Shown here: in pieces, positions 57,097 through 64,000 of the stretch
Layout: the number at the start of each line of letters is the position of its first letter
Position numbering within the stretch: the stretch's first letter is position 1
NCBI GenBank assembly: GCA_964187785.1
Contig: OZ076409.1
Location: forward strand, 64,046,001 to 64,110,000
DNA: 64,000 nt
Direction: 5' to 3'
Source: Amphiscolops sp. MND2022
Taxonomy: Eukaryota
Notes under the pieces: generated by a model
What the model was told of the DNA's origin: nothing
What the model saw: only the letters and a program-made list of their open reading frames with translations
Database searches by the model: none
Made by a program: the position numbers and the translations under genes

Positions 57097-59908
57097 CATA
57101 ATGACCAAAAAGCTCTATATGCGTTGTAAATGCTGATGCATTCGTTGTTAGATTCTAGAGAATGTAAATTTGTTTCTAACGTTTTTACTTAAACAGCCTA
57201 CAGCTAACTGTACTGTCTGTTAACGTTGATTGAGACTTTTTGCTCAGGAGTTTAACAAAAAATAAGCTTGTTTGAATTTTTTGCAACATGAACTCATTCG
57301 AAACTTTCTTCGCTATTTGAGATGTTATCTTATTGCTCAACCAATTGTTTTTAGCGATTAATCGGTTAAGTGAGTAATAACTGATGCAAGCTCTAGTTTT
57401 CAGACGTTAAATTGATACCAATTGATTGTTACTTTCGTTTCTTTTTCTCAACCTGTCTCTGTAGAATGTTAACGGTTGGTTTTCAAAAATTTATCCTAGT
57501 GTGTCATCATGTGTCATCAAATTTCAAAGAAAATGTTATTGAATCCTTGTTTTATATTTCCTTTTCGTAGGAAATTCTTGCTTCCTTCTGCATGAATACT
57601 GGTGCTAGACTTGAGGAGTGGATAAAATTGATGACGATAACGATTAGGCCGGCAGATTCACGGCATGAAGGGCGCAAAGAAAGTTCCCGTATGACAGCAT
57701 ATTTAATTATTACGAGGAATATATATCAGTATTAACTCAGAGGAGCCCTTTCTAAGAGGAAGTGTGCGTCATGTCAAGAGTTGTCTCCGTTGCGAAGATT
57801 ATAGAGATTTTATGTCCGTATACTTTCGTCCACTGAGCTGCAAAAGGCACAATAGACGCGTCCAGGAGCTCGGAAAAGTGTGAACTTAGTGTGCTGGGTT
57901 TTCCAGCACGACGATGCTTCAGTGCTTTCAGCCATTTGTTCAATCAAGAATGGATGCGTTCATTGATTTTTGTTCATTTTCAACATCAAATGTGTAGTGC
58001 GCGCCACACACAATTTTTCTTATTCACATTGTTCAGCCTTGGTGTATCACAATAGATATGTGGTATGCGGAGGTAATGGTATTCCTTAATCATACCTTGT
58101 AACCACGGCGTATACGCTCTTGGTATTGGATGGTATGACACACAAGTAATTTACTCTTGTTTTTACATTAAGAGCACCTTCCTTTAGTCTAAGAAATTGC
58201 GTTTGCTACATTTGCATATAAAATAACTAACTGATCGCCCTGTGAGGAGTGAATATGCATTATTAGAGTAGTCAGTGGTTATATCCAAAGTGTGTGAACC
58301 GGACGAATTTCGAACATGTATTGCACTTCTCAAGTCGTATGTGTTCATATAACAAGGGAGAAGCTTACGTCTCTGTGTATTCGAGCCAGATTTGACCGTA
58401 ATTTTTTAGCCGAAGGAAATGTGGAGAATTGCGTGGTTGGTAAGAAATGGTTGTGTTAACATGAAGCCATGTGCGGTTAGTTATGTAGATATTACGTAGC
58501 TGATATTCAGTATTGAGTGCAGTTATCTATCAACGTTATGTATACACATAACACACATGCACAGTAGTCTTGTATATATTACGTGCAGGCGGTTGTGTGG
58601 AAAGGCATAAAGGGAAGGCTGTTGTGTGCTGATTTGAATTTTGAGCTGACGACGTAAATTGGTAAGTGCGTAAGGCAAGGAAGTACAAAGCAGGAACTGT
58701 AGAGTGGGGAGGAAGGGAAGGAAAAGCAGAAATAAAACAGCAGACAATTGACCGAGTGTAGTTGTAGTTAGCTAGCTGGCTATTGTGGTGAGCAACCGTG
58801 CTATTACACAACTCAGTAGCTGCTAGCTGTTTGTTAGAGTGATGAATGGTGTGAATGTTGTAATGCAAACTCAAATGAAGGCGCAATGAATGAAGCAAGA
58901 AAATGTACATACAGTGTACATGTATGAATACGCGCAATGCTGTGATATTGAAATGAAATTTGTTCCTGGAGTAAACGTGTAGAGAAAGATAGTGTTATTT
59001 GCAGTACACAACACACACGCTGCTAATACATTGTACGTTGTGTTGAAGCAAGTAAAGCTTGCTAGCTCTGCAACAAAGCATTAAAGAACGCTATTGAAGA
59101 GAATTTGCTATCTAAGTACGGACGTTAACGAGCAGAACAGCCAAGGCATTTCAGCAGAAGCAATGAGCAGCCGTACCGCCGCGACCGCGACCACGACGTG
59201 GTAACGTAGCTACAATTTACAACAGCAGAGCACAATTCTACCTCGAATCGAATAGAATCGTAACACCACACCAGCAACAGTTAGTTGAAAGAGATTTTGA
59301 ACTGCGGCGACACAAACAGGCACGGCAACTAACTGCAGTGGGAACGTTCATATTTTTCCTTTTACTCTTATAATTTCCCGTGCGCCGTATTTTTCCATTT
59401 CATTCTGCCTTACTCGGTTAGTGTCCACACATTTTCACCATTTCTCACCTTTGTCCATTTTTACCCCAAAATCTTAGAAGTTTCTCTGTATTCTGCTTTG
59501 ATTTTATTAAATAAAACCAATGGTTACATTTGAAGATTTCTCGCCAAATCAAATATCCCGTGAGAAATACCATTATTAACTAATCTCAGCCTTAAATAGA
59601 TTCATAGAACCAGTCCACAAACCTATCTATATATGCTCAAGTTTAAATAAGTAAATTTACTCCCGTTGCCTTGTACCGGTAAATTCGACTCAGATTTGGG
59701 AGATCATTCTCATTTTTTTTCCAGATCAAAATTTCAAGAAATTCACTAGAAAAATCAAAACCATTTTTTACTTGCCTAACTTTGTTAGAGTTGCCGACCG
59801 TTGACTTCAATTTGAACTGCAAAATTTGAATAGATAGCTTAAATAGATATATTTTTGCGGACTTTTTACGGTCTTAATTCATCTAGATTGGCGATGCGGT
59901 AAATGAAA

Positions 59909-60090
59909 CCCCGTTCTCAGACTCCATGACAATTCCATCCCTGGCCATCTGGTGCACAGATGACAATCAGCTTCTTTACGCCCTGCCTGGTCTGAACCAT
60001 GGTTCAGACCAGGCAGGGCGTAAAGAAGCTGATTGTCATCTGTGCACCAGATGGCCAGGGATGGAATTGTCATGTAGTCTGAGAACGGGG
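59909..60090. repeat. 182-bp spacer-less palindrome (one mismatched pair)
   Basis: Centre CCATGG at 59997-60002; arms ccccgttctcagact...tctgaacc and its reverse complement; gives near-identical ORFs on both strands. Confidence 0.97.
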
Positions 60091-60167
60091 AATTTTTCAA
60101 ACTTTGGTTTCCACTCTAGTTAAGGCTGCAGCCTTAACTAGAGTGGAAACCAAAGTTTGAAAAATTC
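60090..60167. repeat. 78-bp perfect spacer-less palindrome abutting the first
   Basis: Centre CTGCAG at 60126-60131; gaatttttcaaactttggtttccactctagttaaggctg and its reverse complement. Confidence 0.97.
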
Positions 60168-63100
60168 ACGAAAACGTACAAAATTTTCGTAGCAAAACTC
60201 ACAACGGCCACTGTGAATTTAGCCATGGACCACCCCACGACGTACGAAATACCATGTTTCTTTGAATTGGTGTGAGTTTAGCAATGGTTCGAATTGACAC
60301 AACTTGCTTGAATTTTTGCATTTTCAATTCTCTGCATTTTACAAAAGGTTTTGTTTAATAATAGAGTGAGCAGAATAGCATTTTTTGTTTCTCTTAAATC
60401 GAGAACTCAATATTAACGTTCGCTTTTGTCATGACAATGAGCAATGCATCGAAGTGAGTCATTTTTTCCTTCTAAATTATTGTAAAATCTATCCTACAAG
60501 CTCAAATGAACAAGCGTAGGAAGTTAAGCGATGAGTATTTTTTCTCCAGCGTCTCTATTTCGTTGACATTTAAGGGCTCCACATGTTCTTTTGAAGTTTC
60601 AACTCAGAAACCAAAATCTGACAAAATAATTATGCAGCTTTTCTCGATGATCGAACGGGGTTACAGCCAGCCTTGGTAGGTTCATGAAATTTCTGTGGGA
60701 TCTATGAGCCATTGAGTTGAATCAAACTTTGTACTTCAAGATTTAGTTCGAGGAAGTAAGTCGAACATGTCTTTCCATCATCAAACATACTACCCTAGCT
60801 ACTGAAAGCTCTTTCGTGCTTCGAGTGGGATCTTGCTCAAAATTTAATCGGGCTGAAGAAATTTTCATTATTAGAATACAGTTCATGGAAAATGTATCAA
60901 TTTTTTACCCGGATAAGTATTCCATTTAAATGAAAAGTGTTATGTTCCATATGACAGGTCAAACGTGAATTATAACTTAAGTAGCCACGGCCTCATTGTA
61001 GTGTCCTGACTGCATCAGTGACGCGCCATTCGTAATCTCGGTGCTTGGTTTTGACGACAGTGGTTTTTAATAAGTAGATTTTGGCATAAAAACGTTCTCA
61101 TATTCGATCTTATCAGGATGTAACTTGAGCCTAAGGAAAGTATCTTCAGTTATTGAATTGTCTAGTGAAAAAAACGAGGTCAAAACAAACGTTATTTTTG
61201 TAACAATAGAGTGATCCGTTTGTTTATTACTACACGCACGTCAGGTGACAATAATTTCGAAATACCTTTTGAAATAAAAAATGTACCCTGGACGTTATTA
61301 AAGATATCACTTTTTAGCGAATGGAATTTTCAAACATTGAGAGTTTCATCGCATATTTCGAACGCTTTCGGCTAAAGATTATACAAAAGGTTTCATTTGT
61401 TTCGCTCTAAGGTTTCATAATGGTGCCATTCTAATGCGACCTGAATTAGCTCAAATGCGAAATGTTTCTGCACTTGCCAGAGAATGTACATCGCTAAGTG
61501 TTCAATAGACAATGTGTACATTAGCTACAATGTACATTGTACAGAATTTGTATATTCACAGCTAGCTTCGATTTGTAATGTACAACTTGCCAGACCATCT
61601 ATATTCTATTTTATCAGCTCTATGCTTCACTAATCCGTTTGTATGCTCTTTGCAGGCTATATGTGGATTTAGCCTTCTTGTCTGGTTAAATGAAATGCTG
61701 TAGAGAATATTTGCAGCCATAAGAATTTTTCATATTTTTTGCACTCATACGCACGAGCGTATTTTATGCTTAGAATGGTATATCTGAAGCTTAAGTAGCT
61801 AACTAAACAAGTTTACTACTACGCACTGTAAAACGCTATGTTACTACTGTACATCATTTTATACTATACTGTTTAGTGCATAGTTTTCATGTGAACGTTC
61901 GAGAAATATGGATAGTTAGTTTTGTTGGCGTGTTTTAATTGTGTTCTTTTTCAGCTGTTACAGTTAATTTTCAATTTCATCAGCTGATGCCATACTGCGA
62001 TAGATATATCACGATGCAACAATACGTGTGTATGTGTATTACCATCGCCAGTGGAGAACAGTAAAGCAAAGTGTGTGATGTCTCATTGGCTCGAAGAGAT
62101 CTTGGTCTGAATTTGCTCTTGTTTTGCCTGGCGCATTACTGTTCCAACTGCAATAGCTGTTTAATGCCAGTGCTTATTTTGGCGTTAATGTGCAGTTGTC
62201 GTCGTCGTCTACTATTTGCTTCTCCGCACATCTGCAAGTACACACACAGCCTTTCCACGGTCTATGCAAGCCAAAATAATGTGGAAGAATTACAACATCC
62301 ATTGAAAAATTCAATACATGCAAACGTTGCCGCCGCCGTCGCCGCTCAAGTAAATAATGAATTCAAATTCTAAATTCTTTGTCGTTCCTTCCTTACCGCT
62401 TTCCATTTCTTACACTTCTACCTACTTGTTGTAACAGTAACGGTAACGACACAAACACTAGTCACTGTTTCTTGTGCGTTCGTTCGGTTATGTTCATTTA
62501 TTCCTTCAATTTTCCTTCTCAGCCATACTTGTCTTGTTACCCTGGGCGGCTATTAATTGCTGGTTGCATAACCAAGACTTCTCGATTACGACCGAAGCTC
62601 TAATTCAACTGCAACAACAGCAACTACTCACTTCTCCCATTTGCCCAATTTACAATTCTCAATTGCTATTGCGTATAATCTCAAATTCATATTCACCAAT
62701 TGCGAATTACCACTTTGATACTTGATTATGAAAAAAGATTTCTACAAGGTTAGTTTAAATTCTTTGTCTTACTTCCTTCTCAAACCAATTGTTTGTGTAA
62801 CGGGACAAAAAGGAATTCAAATCAGATAAAAAGCTATTTTTAAATTTGTAATTGTAATGTTTTTCTCTCAATTATTGTCGGGAGATACGCGGTTTTTACT
62901 TGATCAGAAGGCCACTTGCTATTTTGTAGAAGTGAATTGTTTTGGGTATTAACGAGGACGACGCAAATTATAAGCAAAGTTGAGATTAGCTATGGTATTT
63001 GCGTCACCCATAGACTCACAATTGGAGTTTCGAGAACGACGCGGTGTTGCGGTACATTTGAGACTGCGTGGAACCATTTTAAAATATATTTCAGTCGAAA

Positions 63101-64000
63101 CAGGTTGTTTAATATCTGTCAAATTTCAAGCGCGCTTTTAACGTCTTACAACATCCAAGAAAATCATCTTTTATGGAAAATGTCTTGTTAAACAAAGCTC
63201 TTTGCAAAAGCTGCAACCGCCCAAGTAGCAACTGTCGATTCAACGAGACTGCTGCCCCTGATACGACCGAAGATTTTTTTCCGAAGGAGTTTTAGGTATC
63301 ATTTAGTTATTTTGTCACTTTTTTCTTCAACATCAGAATGCCGAAAATATCCTTTCGGAAATTTTGCTTTTCATTTTTGCCGATTTGATGGCTTTCAACT
63401 AGTGTCTTTACGATACTTTGGAATTTTTGCTGAGAAACATTGGAATGGAGCCGATTTTCGCCTTTTCTTTTCGAGAAATTTTGGTCCAAAAGTGGCAATT
63501 AGTGTCGAACTTCGACAATTTTCAAAAACTTTTTCAACAATTTTCGATTTTGGTTTCAATCGAAGTCAAACTAAAAAAGTTCAGATTGGTTGAATTTGGC
63601 TAATTTTCGAGCATCGTTAATTTTTTAGAAATATTCACCGCATTTTTTGACAATTTCAGAAATTGTTTTTCCCAAAATTGTTTCATTCAGTTCCTTCCAA
63701 ATGAAGCATACTCAGATGCTTTTTCTGAATGAGACCCCGAAGAAAGGTCAATTTGGAAAATGTTTAAGAATTGGCGACCTTTAGGTTAGTGTGAATGGAG
63801 CTTTTCATGGAGGTTTTTCTTTAACGAGCAATACTTCACCGAAAGTAACGGAAAATATCACTTTTCGACAATTTTATTAGAGTTTTCACCCAAAATATTC
63901 CACCCGATTGTATTGAACTAAACAGCAATCGAAAGTCTATGATGTGGGGATTGAATGAAGTGTATCAGTTTGGGCGTATCTTCGAAGTTTTTGCAATTTA

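Noticed and set aside
57700-58100. Possible transposase relic (IVCGAHY, CxxH-like)
   Set aside because: Single weak motif, no termini.
59879-60123. Near-identical ORFs on both strands
   Set aside because: Direct consequence of the palindrome, not evidence of two genes.
61080-61170. FLRLKLHPDK on the minus strand resembling an RT GL.LHP.K motif
   Set aside because: Isolated short match with stops nearby and no other RT motif.
58460-62750. Two low-complexity CA/GT/GCA-rich blocks (~58460-59340 and ~62000-62750) as a large inverted repeat around the palindromes
   Set aside because: Only short, compositionally biased matches by eye; a dot-plot would be needed.

Overview
Eukaryotic (animal-type), AT-rich window made almost entirely of nested transposable elements; no host gene is supported. 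The repeat landscape recalls marine invertebrates such as the acoel Symsagittifera, but this is unverified. Main components: (1) a decayed BEL/Pao element (1-4011, -). (2) An old K02A2.6-like Ty3/Gypsy element split by a 13.0-kb Ty3/Gypsy element (8522-21556, -, CCGTT TSD, 1.75/1.84-kb LTRs). In the latter the Gag ORF starts inside the LTR, most of pol is deleted, and ~5 kb is an antisense, intron-containing Zn-finger/hAT-like cargo gene. (3) A very young, intact BEL/Pao element (26930-34891, -, 2059-aa polyprotein) with an extra upstream ORF that looks like an SGNH/GDSL esterase fold, flanked by a 35-bp direct repeat instead of a 5-bp TSD. (4) A Tc1 relic, two internally deleted hAT elements, a tRNA-derived SINE-like repeat, several DINE-1/HINE-like (Helentron-type) non-autonomous elements and a 1.66/1.77-kb tandem duplication. 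(5) A second BEL/Pao element (49300-55677, +, CATAC TSD, two nonsense mutations). (6) Two abutting spacer-less palindromes (182 and 78 bp) at 59909-60167. All assignments come from motif recognition and hand alignment; no database searches were run.
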